From assembly GCF_009914755.1 (NCBI RefSeq), contig NC_060936.1: a DNA stretch of 64,000 nt. One strand, written 5' to 3'. The DNA is from the human T2T-CHM13v2.0 reference genome, Homo sapiens. The translations under genes were made by a program, and so were the position numbers. Under the pieces are notes generated by a model. That model made no database searches and was not told the origin of the DNA. It saw nothing but the letters and a program-made list of their open reading frames with translations. Of the stretch, positions 14,032-27,889 are shown piece by piece. The number at the start of each line of letters is the position of its first letter. Positions within the stretch are counted from its first letter, which is position 1.

Positions 14032-17014
14032 ACATGTACCCTAAAACTTAAAGTATAATAATAATAAAATAAAAAAAGACCAAAAAAAAAAAAGATGAAA
14101 CAAGAGGCATCACACAACCCAACTTCAAAATATACTACAAAGCTACAGTAACCAAAACATCACGGTGCTGCATAAAAACGGGCACATAGACCAATGGAAC
14201 AGAATGCAGAGCCCAGAAATAAATCTGCACATTTACAGACAACTCATATTCAACAAAGGTGCAAAGAACACAGAGTAAGGAAAGGACAGTTTCTTCAATA
14301 AATGATGCTGGGGAAATTGGATATTTACATGCAGAAGAATGAAATTAGACTCTTATCTCACATTATATATAAAAATCAACTGAAAATGGATTAGAGACTT
14401 AAATGTAAGACCCAAATCTATGAAACTAATAGAAGAAAATGTGAGGTGAAAGCTCCATGACATTGGTCTGCCCAATGATAATCTGGATATGATCTCAAGG
14501 GTAATAAAAGCAAAAATAGACACATGGAAACATCACACTAAAAAGCTTCTGCACAGTAAAGGAAACAATCAACAGAGTGAAGAGACCACCTACAGAAATT
14601 TGGAGACTATACATTCAATAAAGGATTAACACTGAAAATATATAAAGAGCTCAATTTAATAGCAAGAAAACAAATAACCCAATCTAAAAGTGGGCAAAGG
14701 ACCTGAATAGACATTTTCTTAAAAGAAGACATACAAATAGCCAAGAGGTATATTAAAAAATGCTCAACTTCACAAATTATCAGATAAATACAAATCAAAA
14801 CCATAATGATATATTACCTTACACCTATTAGAAAGGTTATTAAAAATAATAACAAGTATCGAGTAGGATGTGGAAAAAAGGAACTCTCACAGTGAGCAGG
14901 AATGTAAATTAGTACAGCCATTATGAAAAGCGATATGGAGTTTTCTCAAAAATATTAAAAGTAGAACTACCATGTGATCCAACTATCCCACTACTGAGTA
15001 TATATCCTAAGGAATAGAAATAAGTGTGTTGAAGAGATATCTGCACTTCCATGTTTATTGCAGCATTTTCCACAATAATCAAGATACAGAATCAACCTAA
15101 GTGTCCATCAATGGATGAATGAATAAAGAAAATATGGTAAATACACATAATGGAATACTATTCGGCCATGAAAAATGGTGATGATTTGCAACAACATGGA
15201 TGAGTCTGGAGGATATTATGTTAAGTGAAATAAGACAGATACAAAAAACAAACACCACATGATTTCATTCATAGGTGGAATCTTAAAAAGGTTGATCTCA
15301 TAGGAGTAGAAAGTACAGTGGTGGCTACCAGGGCTGGGCTGGTTTGTGGGGACAGCAGGCTGGTTGGGGAGATGTTGGTCAAAGCACAGAAAAATTCAGG
15401 AAGGTAGGAGTTATAAGCTTAAGACATCTATTGCACAAGTCAAGTGTAATATGTTTAAGACATATATAATTACATGATACTGTATTCTTGAAAAATGCTG
15501 ACAGTGGATGTAAGGTGTTCATTCCACAAAAATGGATACCTATGTTACATAATGCATATTTTAATTTGCTATATTTCATCACTTTGCAACATTTATATAC
15601 TTTAAATCATCATCTTGCATGCAGTAAATACATACAATTTCATCTGTCATTAAAAAAATAAATTTTTAAAAAATTTTGTATTATCTATATATCAAAAACT
15701 CTAGCATCTATAAATATATATTGCAGTTTGGAAAACATAGCTCTTTAAAAGGACTTTATAATTTTTTGGTAGACTCTGCACACCAAATTCTGTGCTTTTT
15801 CTGTTTCTCTCTGATTACTGCTGTCTTTTCACTCATGGGTTCTTTTTATATTAATAAAGGTAGCAAAGCAATTGGCATTGGAATTTACACAGAATTTTAA
15901 GAAAATCAGGATACAGTGAATTTACTGAGGCAAAGAAGTCAGGTTACTGGTCCAAAGCTCAAATTACCTTAACATACAAGCTGTCATTTTTACAAATCCA
16001 TGAAAAATGAGTAAGGAAATTGGTTCTTGAATAATATGGTCATGCCATTTTAAACTCTTCGTTTTTTCTCTTTTTGTTGAAAGAATGAAGAAAATATATT
16101 TAAATTACTCATAGTCCCACCACCAAGAAAAGATATTTTTCATTTGATTCAAATACATTCATTATTTATATTTGCCTTAATAATGAACATATCATTTAAT
16201 ATTCTTTTACGTAATGATCTTTTACAAATCTTTTACTTAATATTCTTTTACAAATAATCTTTTACTTAATATTATATAAAAAGCATTTTCTTATGATTCT
16301 ACATCACCCTCATGATAATTATTTTTAAGACTCCATCCTAATGAGACATACACTGTTTACCATAATTTTGTTGTTAGATCTCTAGGTTGTTTCTGATTTC
16401 TTGCTGTTGAATGCTAAGACTGCTGTGAATACCTTGAGCTTAAAGCATTATTCCCTTTCTTCAATTAGTTACTGTCCCAGAGCATATATTCCCAGAAATT
16501 TTCCATTTTTAAATATATATATTTAAAATATTTAATTATATTGTTCTTCATAACAGCTCCCAGCTTGGGAAATTATTAATGGTTAAACACAGGATCCATA
16601 GACAGCTTCATGACAACGAAATGCAAGCTTTGAATATTCTACTGCTTAGATATTTGTACATAAAAATACCAGAAATCATAGACAAGTAATCTACTAAAGA
16701 TTTGACAGAAATTGATTCAAATAAATGAAGTCTTTTACATAAATGTGCCAATAAACTTAATTCAAAAATGTTACCCAAAATGCACAAATGACCAGTAACC
16801 AAACACATACATAGTATTTTCTATGTACCCCATATATATAATTTTTTAAACACTCCATAACTTAATCTGTCTTGCAAAGTGTTTACTCTGTCCCAAAGGA
16901 TCCACCTCTAATCTAGTAAATGCAAAAAGCGTATAGATTAAGTGAAATCATGAACAGACACAGAAGCTCAATTTAAAATAATGTCATAGTGAAAAAAAAA
17001 AGTACCCCACTTAC

Positions 17015-17351
17015 CTATATTAGTTAATAGATGTCAAAATGGCCTGCTTGACAGCAATAGAAGAATGGGACCACTTCAATTACAGATTTCATGGAATTCC
17101 CCCCAGAATTTCCATTTTTATTGGCCTCTTATATTCAGCCCAAAGGTGTTGCATAAGCCCCTTCCTGGCAAGCAGGAGTACATCATCAATTTTTTTTGAC
17201 AGTTTTGAAAGTCTACAATTTAAATTGCTGTTTCACCATTTCAGACTCCATGGAAAGTTCCAATATGTTAACATAATTCCAGATTCACTATTCTCAAGTG
17301 TGCTGGTAACTGAGCAGCCTTCTCTGAAGGAGTCTTCTTGAGTGGCCAGAT
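17015..17351 (-). other. Candidate exon of an unknown, probably non-coding transcript
   Basis: Non-repeat-looking 337 nt between minus-strand tttttaaaacag| and tag|gtaagt; no expression evidence. Confidence 0.25.
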
Positions 17352-17484
17352 CTGTTTTAAAAATTTTAGAGGTGACTCCAACTTTATATTTCTCTTATAC
17401 ACATACATACCATTCATACACAGTGTCCTTGGCAACGACTCAATTTTTAAAAGGTTTTTTAAACTCCAAATGGCATGATGGATT

Positions 17485-17760
17485 ATAATAATAATGTCAA
17501 CTAAATATTTATTGAGTGCCTATTCTGTGTTAGGTGCTGTTCTAAGCACTTTATATTTATTAATTTATTTAATCCTCACAACAATCTTAAGAGGAAGGGA
17601 TGATTTTGTTTCTGCTGCAGGAAATTGAGATACAGAGAAGGTCAGGCACCTTGTTCCAAGTAGGAGTAGCTAGAGAGAACAATTGAATGGTAAAATCAAG
17701 ATTTAAATTCAGGCATTCTGTCTTGAGAGTTTAACCACTTAACCACTACAGATACTCCCT
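17485..17760 (-). mobile_element. MIR
   Basis: atttattgagtgcc...tttaatcctcacaacaatc...gaaattgagatacagagaaggt...aaattcaggc. Confidence 0.8.
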
Positions 17761-18137
17761 TACCACTTAATTAAGGGTCTTCTGTGTTGGTCTTCTATTT
17801 TTTCCATTTCCTCTTGAGAAAAGCAAGATATTACTGGACCTATAGCCCTACAGACCTCAAGAACTTGATGATGCCTTGGTTGCCCTGCCTCCAAATAGGT
17901 AGGTCTCATAATCTGCCAAGGAATAGAACGAATTTTACAAATGGGTAAAATAATATTTGACTTTTTCTTAGATAGAAACCTAAAAAAAGTCTTACTAGGA
18001 AAATGTGTACAACTAAAATCATATATAAGTTGATTTTGAATTTTCTGTTTGAAATAATAATAGATATTTGCTCTAATTTTTATATTGGAAAGTTAAAGTC
18101 ATTTTTTTCCCAAAATTACCTAGCTAAAACCGGAAGA

Positions 18138-18595
18138 TGCTAAAACTCAAAATAAATAACAATTATGGAAAATGTTCAGACAAGACCACTTAATGACATG
18201 TCTGAAACAAGACAGACGTTATTCTCATCTGATTAACATCCTCTCTTCTGATTAACATTAGTGATTGCTACTTTTTTACTAGTAACTACTCTGGGCCCAC
18301 TTTAATTCTCCTGCCTCCCAGACTAAAAAAAAAAAAAAAAATAAGTCCACTTACTGACTTATCCCAGCTTCTTAAGAACATCCAGTACAGAACTGGACTC
18401 CATGTTTTAAAATCCAGCCTTCAACCATGCAATTCAAAGCCAAATCATATGTAAGAAGTTCCTGCAAACTCTCTTTTACTAGGACAACCCATGGTTTCTC
18501 TGGAGTGCATTCTTACTGGCAGCAGTAAGCTAAATAAATCTAACATGGACTTACAGATATGTTCCTAGAGCTCTTTGGTTGATGGCCTATAATAG
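18138..18595 (+). mobile_element. ERV1 solo LTR (MER89/MER90/MER110 group)
   Basis: cagacaagaccac start; gcagtaagctaaataaatctaac poly(A)-signal block; resembles the MER110-like copies. Confidence 0.5.
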
Positions 18596-19074
18596 CTTCT
18601 AGATTGTTTGGCTACATACAAGGTGGTGCTAAGGTATATTAAAAAGTAATATTTGAGAAAAAACTTCAAATTTCCTATTTTGTGTATGTTGAGTTTAGGA
18701 TGCTTTTGAGACATTCAAACGATGTTAAAGTAGTGCTATCACAAAGGGGAAGCTTGGATACACCTTTAGAAGTTACCAACATATAAATGGAAATGGAAGT
18801 CAGGATATAGATGATATCACTCAGAGTAAAAAGCATAGGAAGGGAAGAATGAGAAACTATCACTGAATCTGGAATAACTCCAGTATGAAGGTTCTGTAGA
18901 GAAGGACTGACAAGAAAGGCTGAGAAAGTTCATCCAAAATTCAAGTACAAAAACCAAGAGCATATCATCACATAAACCAAAGAAGAGAATATGCCAGGGC
19001 CTATGGAGTGACCAATGTTTGAAAACATTTTAGAGAGCAAGTAAGAAGACAATTGAAAAATGCCCTTTGGAGTT

Positions 19075-19622
19075 TGTGATATAAGTATCAACTTGATTGG
19101 ATTGAAGTATGCAAAGTACTGTTTCTGGGTGTGTCTGTGAGGGTGTTGCCAAAGGAGAGTAACATTTGAGTCAGTGGACTGGGAGAGGCAGACCCACGCT
19201 CAATGTGGGTGGGCACCATCTGATAGGCTGCCAGCGGTAGCAGAAGAAGGTGGGATAAGCTGACTTGCTGAGTCTTCTGGCCTTCAACTTTCTCTTGTGC
19301 TGGATGTGTCCCGCCCTGGAAAATCAGACTCCCAGTTATTCAGCTTTTGGACTCTTGGCCTTACACCAACGGTTTGCCAGGGGTTCTCAGGGTTTTTGTT
19401 TTTTGTTTTTTTTTTTTTTTTTTTTTTTTGCTACAGATGGTCTGCTTCCCTACTTTTGAAGTTTTGGGACTTGGACTGGTTTCCCTTGCTCCTTAGCTTG
19501 CAGAAGGCTTATCATGGGACTTCACCTTCTGATTGTGTGAGTCAATACTCCTTAATAAACTCCCTTTATATATACATCTATCCTATTAATTCTGTCCCTC
19601 TAGAGAACCCTGATTTAATACA
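19075..19622 (+). mobile_element. MLT2A (ERVL) solo LTR
   Basis: tg...caacttgattggattgaag...ctctagagaaccctgatttaataca; 5-bp TSD gagtt at 19070-19074 and 19623-19627. Confidence 0.92.
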
Positions 19623-19756
19623 GAGTTCATCATTGGTATTTTTGTGAGAGATTTTTTCAGAGTTATGATGGAAACAGAAGCCAGATTAAATGGAATAGGA
19701 GTAAGTATGAGGCAAGCTAAGTGAAGAAAGAAGGAAGGATCATCCAGAAAAAGGGA

Positions 19757-20010
19757 CAGCATGATAGTACTATAAGTAGTGGTTAAATGTATAGACTCTA
19801 GATTGAGACTGATAGAGTTCAAATTCCAAATTTGTCTCTTACTAGCTGTGTGACATTAGTCAATTATTTAACTTATTTGTGTCTCAGTTTCTCCATTTGT
19901 CAACTGGGGGTAAAACAGTAACTGACCACATGGGGTTGTGAGAAGGAATAGATCCATTAATACAGAGTCTTGAATGTAGAAATTTCTCAATGAATATTAG
20001 CAACAATTAT
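19757..20010 (+). mobile_element. MIR
   Basis: gagttcaaattcc...cttactagctgtgtgac...tctcagtttctccatttgt. Confidence 0.8.
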
Positions 20011-20879
20011 TACAAAAACATATTACAAAAACACCCATAGGGGCTTGAAAATAGATCAATGTGAATGGTGGTTGTAGTGCTAAGACCTGAGAGATTGACA
20101 GGGTTGTGGACATAGAGGACCTTGATTGCCATGTTAATGAGGTAGATCTCCTCTCAAGCCATAGGATCCACTGAAGGAGTTTAATAAAGGAGTGATATGA
20201 TTGTATTTCTATTTTAGAAAAATCACACTGACTGTTGGCTAGATGATGGATTGGAGCAGAACTGATGTGGGGGTTAGGACAGCAATTAGTAGCCTATTCC
20301 AAAAACCTAAAGGAAAAGTGATAATGCCTGGATTAAGACAGAGGAAGCAGAAATGAACAAGGAAAAAAAATTGTGAGAAAAGTCAAGGAGGTACTATTAT
20401 TATGACTTGGTTTCTGATTGATATTGCAAGAGAGGGACAAAATGAAGTCTAGGATACACACCAAGCTGAGTGGCTGCTAGCTGAGTAATGCAGCCATTTA
20501 CTGGGGCAGAAAATCCAGGAAGGACAAAGGGCTAAGGGGTTGCTTGGGAATTGGGAGGATGAATGCTCAGTTTTGGATATGTGGTATCTATTGGATATGG
20601 GACACCAAATGAAGATACACAACTTAGAACCCATAGGAAAATTTGAGCTCAAGATTTATAATTATTGTTTCAGACATGAATGTTCAAATAGTTACTGAGG
20701 AAGACTAGAGAGGAAAACATGCTTGAAAAATGTGTTATTCAGAAGAGTTAATTTAGGTAAATGATGGCAGTTGACAATAGACAAATGCTGAATCTTATTG
20801 AGAATTTAGTAGAAGACAAATAATGGCAACTTCTATAGCTGCCTAACATCCTCAAATGGGGTTCTTTTATTCAACAGTG

Positions 20880-21345
20880 GAGATTAAGGATGAGGAATAA
20901 CAATAGGGACCAAGAAGAAGCCTAGCCCCTTTCTCTTCCCCTCAGCCTCCCAGCTTCTCCTTGTGGTCCAGGTCTTGTGAGAAAAATAAGCATTGTGCAC
21001 TGGAGAGAGTGGCAGGAGAAGAAGTGCCTGGAGAGCTAGCCACACTTCAGGGAAGCACATGTATGGTAAAAAGGTAGATGGTGTAGGGTAGTTGGTTTTC
21101 TCTAAATGGGGACTTCCAGAGGACCTCAGTGGAAAGGATGGCAGCAGTAAGGGAGTGAGTGAGAAGAAGGAAGAACAGAGCAGTACAGTTAGAGCATAAA
21201 GAAGGCTAGATGATTGGAGGGACATGTTTTGTCCATTGGGGAAGGACAACAAGGTGAAGACATGTACTTCTGAATTTTTGGTTTTTCAAACAAAGCCCCT
21301 GAGGGACCTCAGATGGTCACTTTCTGTCTCTGTGGTAAGTGGTAT
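20880..21345. mobile_element. Possible ancient LTR relic, family not assigned
   Basis: GC-richer purine-biased block with LTR-like texture only. Confidence 0.2.
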
Positions 21346-22054
21346 GATAATTCCTCAGCCCAAGTAGTAGCTGTTGCATACTTATCTCAAGTGAAACCCT
21401 TTTCCTTACCTTCTTCCTGGCATGCTGTGCTCACATTTCCAGACCCATCTTAAATGTCATTCTCTCTAGAAATCTTCCCCAACTAACCTTAGCAGGCATA
21501 ATTTTTCCTTCCTTTAAGCTTCCATGGCTTTTGGTGTACATATGTCATTGTAAGTAAAATATTCCCACTCTACAGTGGAAGTCAAAAAGATGTACATGAT
21601 TTGCCCAAGGTGATCCAGATTTTCTGACTCCAAGACCAGTGTTCTTTGTTTTGTTTTGTTTTGTTACATGTAGACGCTTATGAGGCCACTCACAGGTGGC
21701 TTAGCCTTTTAAAAACAGAAAGGTACCAAACTCTAATAATCTTCTAGATTCATAGAAAATAGCTCCATGTTTGCCAGGATGGCTATTCTTTGCTTTTGCT
21801 CCAACGCAGGGGGTATGTTGCCTTGCTTCTGACATGTAGGAAGAATGCAGAGAACATGTTCCTCATGGAAAGGGACTCATGAATGGACCACTGCTCAGGT
21901 AACAAAACTATCAGGTGCGCATTTGGCACATGTGAAATGCTTACGAATTCCATGATTGGAAAGATATTTCTCTGTCAGACAATCCATTCTGTGGATAAAA
22001 TGACTTGCCATTTTCAAAGGATCACAACATCTTTGTTTAGCCCCTACAATGTCT

Positions 22055-22735
22055 TGTTTTGTTTTAATTTTTACTTTACAAATAATAAGTATATATATTT
22101 ATGGAGTACAACGTGATGTTTTTATATATGTATACACTGTGGAATGATTAAAGCAAACTAACATTTATCACTTCAACTATATTTTGGGGTGAGAACATTT
22201 AAAATGTACTCTTTTATTAATTTTGAAATATATATTATTACCTGTGGTTACCATGCTGTGCAATAGACCACTAAAACTTTTTATAAATGAAACTTTGTAC
22301 CTTTTGACGAGCATTTCCCCTTTCCTCACCCTCCCACTGCCCAAGCCTCTGGTAGCAACCATTCTACTCTACTTCTATGAGCTCAACTTTTTTAGATTTC
22401 ACATATAAGTGAGATAATGCTGTATTTGCACCTCTGTGCCTGTCATTTCACTGAACATAATGTTTTCCAGGTTCATCCATGTTACAGAAAATGACAGAAT
22501 TTCCTCCTTTTTTAAGCCTACATGTTATTCCATGGTGTATATGCACCACATTTACTTTATCTCTTCATCCACTGATGGACACTTAGGTGGTTTCTGTATC
22601 TTGGTTATTTGTGAGTAATGATGCAACAAACATGGGAATTCAGGTGTCTCTTCTATGTACTGATTTCATTTCCTTTGGATATATATCCAGAAATAGGATA
22701 ATAGGATTGCTGGATAATATTGTTATTCTGTTTTT
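22055..22735 (-). mobile_element. L1MA8/9-like 3' end
   Basis: tttatggagtacaacgtgatg...gtgagaacatttaaaatgtactc...gatggacacttaggtggtttc. Confidence 0.88.
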
Positions 22736-23051
22736 AGGGTTTGTTTTGTTTTGTTGTTGTTGTTGTTGTTGTTTGAGCTGGAGTCTCACTCTGTCGCCCA
22801 GGCTGCAGTGTAGTGGCACAATCTTGGCTCACTGCAATCTACGCCTCCCCAGTTCCAGTGATTCTCCTGCCTCAGCCTCCTAAGTAGCTGGGATTACAGG
22901 CACGCACCAACACACCTGGCTAATTTTTGTATTTTTAGTAGAGACGGGGCTTCACCATGTTGGCCAGGCTGGTCTCCAACTCCTGAACTCAGGTGATCTG
23001 CCCACCTCGGCCTCCCAAAGTGCTTGGATTACAGGTGTGGAGCACCATGAG
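22736..23051 (-). mobile_element. AluS (Sx-like) with (TTG)n tail
   Basis: Complete antisense Alu body; no TSD found. Confidence 0.93.
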
Positions 23052-23329
23052 CGAGATTCCATCAAAAGAAGAGAAGAGAGGAGAGGAGAGGGGAGAGGGG
23101 AAATGGCAGAAGGGAGAGGGAAGAAACAACATGGGGATAGAAGCTGAAAGGTCACAGTATATAAAGAAACTCCAGAGACAGTGTTTGACCATGTGAAGCC
23201 AATGTTATGGGGAATTAACAACTATATATGAAGAGATCATGAGAGAGGAGAGATTAAGGCAATACAGACGGAAAGACAGAAATGTCATAAGATCCAAGGA
23301 GGTAGAGGGAACACCTGATACCTGAGTTG

Positions 23330-24400
23330 CTTTCTGGAAGCCAAAGAACCACTATTCCTATGGTTTTTCCTTTCCATTCACTGTCTATTGTCTCCCAGCC
23401 TTCTTTGCAGATTCTTCTCTATTTTTCCTTTAAATATTAGTCTTCTTCATTCAGAGCTCTGACCTTGGGCTTTCTTCAACCTATTCTCTTTCCAAGGGGC
23501 ATGGCCATGGCTTCCCATACTGCCAATATACTGATGAGGCCCAGATATTAATTTCTAGGATCTCTCTCCTGAGTTCGAGTCCTGCTTATCCAGATGCCTG
23601 GTGAATATTGCCGCTCCCCAAATACATTTTACTAGCCCTCAAAATGAAATTATCTAAAATGGAACTTCCCTGTCAAAACTTCCCTTTTTTTTAGTACTTC
23701 TTTTTGGTGAAGGAAACCCTCAGCTGAAAACCAAAAATCATCCTAGGAAGCTCTCTCCTTTTAATTCACTTAAACATTGTTATATTCATTCTACCTTTTT
23801 CATTTCTTTTGACTCCCTCTTCTTCCAGTCCCACTGCTACTGTCTAAGCTCAGGGCCTCTGAGCTGCCCTTTTAGTTTCCTGGCATCAGTATCCTAACCC
23901 TGCTCATAACTCTTCTGTGGCCATCCGATGTTCTTACAGGAAACCCTCAACATTTTCGCATGGCATTCAAATCCTCCATGAGGCTTCCCCTGGCTATTTC
24001 ATCAACATAATATTTTGCTGCACTCCATCTAACCCCAGGTTTCAAGTTATCCAGACTTTCTGTGACTCCCACAACATCTCAAGTTGTTCCCTCCATCTGG
24101 ACTTTGCTCTCCCTAGTCTCCCTTCCAGGAAAGCTAACTTCCCTCTCTCTTCCTGTCAACACTTTCCTATGTTGTCCTTTAATATTTATGATCCTGCCTC
24201 CACAGGAAATCGCTATCTTTTTATTATGTCCCAACTATACTCTGTACAGATGCCTATGACAACATCGATAGCACTTTATTACACTTAATTTTAAAACTTT
24301 TGCATCCCTCTATTTGACCTGGAGGAGCAGAAAATATATCATTTTAACTGTTTGTCCTATGCCTAGCAGTGAAAGCATTCAGAATATGCTTTGGAGGAAA
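23330..24400 (+). mobile_element. L2 fragment
   Basis: Pyrimidine-rich L2 ORF2/3' sequence, e.g. ctctctcctgagttcgagtcc and cccactgctactgtctaag. Confidence 0.7.
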
Positions 24401-24519
24401 GGAAGGAAATTAACACACTGATCCTCTATGGAGAAAATAAATTAGTCCATCCTCTGAGAGAAAAGAATAATTCAAGGTAAGTGAAGTCATGAAATGCAGT
24501 GGTCATAATTCAAAATGCT

Positions 24520-24555
24520 CACACAGACACACACACACACACCCCACACCACACA
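24520..24555 (+). repeat. Imperfect (CA)n microsatellite
   Basis: cacacagacacacacacacacacc. Confidence 0.8.
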
Positions 24556-25549
24556 AAGCTTTTTTACGGAGGACAAAAAAGGGTATCATCTTCTTCCTCA
24601 GAAAGATGTAACATCACCTCAACAATTGGAAGCAGAAACCTTCAAAGGTAGGATAACTAAGCAAAGAAGACAATTCTTGAACTACATAGATAAATTCTCA
24701 GGTATATAAAGACATTTTATTTACATACGTATCTTAGCAAGAATGCTAGGCAGTAGGCAACTGGAGTTTGCTCCACGTTGATTCTTGTAAAGAGAAATTG
24801 AAGTCCTTCACAGAGGCATGGTCCCAAGTACGCTGGCAGACAGGAGGCAGGAAGGGCTCTGTCACAGCTGATAACAGTGCTAAAGAGTCAATTAGTCTCT
24901 AATTAGCTGAGGAAAAGCTGCTGCTGATGTTTCTGTGAGCCTAAAGAAATGTTTTAAGGACAGTTGAAATTGGAATGTAATCATCTCTGTTTAGGATGTA
25001 ATAAATGATGCATGTAATCAAGGATGAGAGAGGACCTTCACTGCTCTAGCTAGTCTGGGTTACATGGGCTAAGGTACTGAATGAGAAATTGGGGCTGTGA
25101 GTTATTAGCCAGGTGTTCCTCCCGTTTGTACTGTGGTATTTAAGTGCACAATCATGTGCCACCCATCAGTCCAGGAGTGAAGGAAACTGCTAAGGCCAAG
25201 GAGGCACACTGAGTTTGGGTTGAGAAAGAGCACAGGAAACAGGGAGGAGCCCTTGATGAACGGGCTTCTTCATCCAACAACTCTGCACCTTCTCACAGTT
25301 TCTGGGGAAAAGGGACTGAGAGAAAGAACTTTTGCCTCTCAGAATGGAATGGTAAATGGCAAGCTGAATATTCTAGTCAAGAATGGGAGTTTGCTTTGGC
25401 TTCCACATTTTGAGAATGATTTCTTCCTTAATGTAATGTATCCTGAGGGAACTGGGGGCAGGCAATGCATAATTTCTCCCTTGGCAGTTCTTCTGCCCCA
25501 GAACTGTAGGCATAGAGTTGAGTTGATGCTTGCATATGTTTCCTTTGTG

Positions 25550-25865
25550 TGAAACATTCTCTTTCATCTCTACTTCATGCCTTCTTATTCTCCAGGATTC
25601 CTCATGCACATCAATTCCTGAGGGAAGCATTTCCTGATATTCTGCCCACACCTCTACCACCACCTAAGATAGGGGTAAGAACATCATCTAGGTCACTCTC
25701 ATATGTGATTATTGGATCACATAAACATTATAGTACCATGGCCTATTTATGTATCTACCTACAATATTGGATATGAATTCTTCATAGATAGAAATCATCT
25801 GATTCATCTTTGAATCTCCAGGTTCTGACATGGAGATTCTCATTCAATTAAGGTTTATTGAACTA
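25550..25865 (+). mobile_element. L2 3' end
   Basis: agggaagcatttcctga...ttcatctttgaatctccagg...tttattgaact. Confidence 0.65.
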
Positions 25866-26094
25866 AACTATATAAGATAAGGCAAAGCTGGTTATAATGC
25901 AATATTCAAAATGGAAGCATTAAAGATATTGTAATGTACTTCCCAGGGTAAAGGACAACCTAAGGAGTAGTAGGCCTGGAAAATGGGAATAAAAATGGCA
26001 TAGCTAAACTATTTCTGGACCATGGACCTTTTGACAGTCTGGAAATGCCTTTATACTTCTTCTCTGACAATGTTTCAAATACATAGTAAAATAC

Positions 26095-27190
26095 GTAATA
26101 TGACAAACTAAAGTATTTCTTGACGAAAATGTAGAAAATCTTTGTGACCTTTGGTTAAGAAAATCTTTCTCAGGACACAAAAACACAAACCATAAGCCAA
26201 AAAATTGACAAATTGGACTTAGTCAAAATTGTAAATGTCTGCACTTCAAAAGAACTGTTAAGAAAATGAAATACAGGCCACACATTGATAAAAGAAAAAC
26301 TGCAAAGCACGCACCTGATAACTTGCATGCAGAATACATAAATAACAAAACATTCAACTCAGTAAAAAGAAAGGCAAAGAGTTGGAACAAATGTCCATCA
26401 ATGAAGATGTACAGATGGCCAATAAACACATGGAAAAATACACAATATCATTAGTCATCAGGGGAAATAGAAATCAAAAGTACAAAGAGATATCACTATA
26501 CTGCCAATAGAATGGTTAAAATTAAAAGAATTGATAACATTAATCATTGGAGACAATACAGAACAACCAGAGCACTAATATGTTGTGGATGGGAATATGA
26601 ACAATAGGGTTATTTTGGAGAACAATGTGACAGACTTTTATAAAGTTAAACATATACTTACCCTATGACCCAACAATTCCACTCATAGATATTTACTCAA
26701 GAGGAATGAAAACATATGTTCACACAGCAAATGTTAATAGTTGTTTTATTCACAGTAGCCAAAATTCCATTAACAGGAAAATGGCTAAAAATATTGTGGT
26801 ATATTCATACAATGGAATACAGCTAAGCAGCAAAAATGGACAAACTACCAATATATGCAACAACACGGGTGAATTTCAAAATCTCATTATACTAAGTGGC
26901 TAAGTAAAATAAGCCAGGCACAATAGACTACATGTTATATGGTTCATTTATATGACATTCTAGAAAAACTGTGGAAACAGAAAACATATCACTGGTTGCC
27001 TGTGGACTGTGAGGGAAGAGAGGCATTGTCTACAAAGAAACATGCGGGAATTTTCTGCAGTGATTGAAAATATCCCAAATCTTAATTTTGGTTGTAGATA
27101 TACAACTTGTATGTTTGTTAAAACTCACTGAACTGTATACTTAAAAGGGGTCAGTATTACTGCATGTAAATTATTTTTCAATAAAGCCTG
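26095..27190 (+). mobile_element. L1MC/MD-like ORF2 end and 3' UTR
   Basis: aaaattgacaaattggacttagtcaaaatt...ccctatgacccaacaattccactc...aaactcactgaactgtatacttaaaa...tcaataaag. Confidence 0.85.
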
Positions 27191-27889
27191 AGTTTTTTTT
27201 AATCTTAAAGTTTTATCAGAGAGAAATTATGAGTTACTAGTTATTAGTGTTACTAAAGCTAACTTGCCCTTTTAGAGAATTCAAGCTCAGGTTTTCCCCC
27301 CGCCCAAAGGAAAGGCATTTGTTCATGCTCTAAATACTGAGAGGAACAGATGCATTGGCTCAGCAACTTACTGAGTTTGTATGCTATTTGGAAATTGGAT
27401 TGCTTTGATAAATTACTTGCTAGCCAAGAAGAGCATTAAGGGATTATTTGTCCGCCATGATTTCAAATTTTTCCCTAATGATAAAATCATTTGAAATAAA
27501 AGAGTGCAGCCAAAGTAGTTTTACTTGGGAAGATATTATTTCATACATAGACATGTCAGAAACAGTGTAAGCATGAAAAGGAAATATATTCTAATGTTCC
27601 CTTTTTTACTTACTTTGTTGTAAATAATAGCACCAAACAATTTCAATCCTAAATAGCACATACTTCAGAATTCCCTTTAAGTGCTTATCATCTTAAAGAC
27701 TTGAAATCATATGTGGTTGTGGGTGTTGTAAACTTCACTCTTCAATTTGAATCTTTACTTCTCAGTTCATTTTAATACCTGCATTAATTCTAACGATTTG
27801 GGGAGACTACTAGATTATAGCACTGTTTTAGCATGTTTATGTGCTCTAATATTTGCCTACTGCATTACATAGCACACTTTCTTTTAATA

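Larger units (their letters stand above)
18600..20700 (-). mobile_element. Fragmented L2, interrupted by MLT2A and MIR
   Basis: atgttgagtttaggatgcttttgagacattc and ccactgaaggagtttaataaaggagtgatatgat...ttttagaaaaatcac. Confidence 0.7.

Noticed and set aside
16190-16530. Degenerate tcttttac repeats and a 22-bp AT palindrome at 16507-16528
   Set aside because: Low-complexity AT sequence in an old L1 relic
24470-24485. Isolated consensus donors (plus 24477; minus near 38630, 49563, 54253)
   Set aside because: No convincing paired acceptor or reading frame
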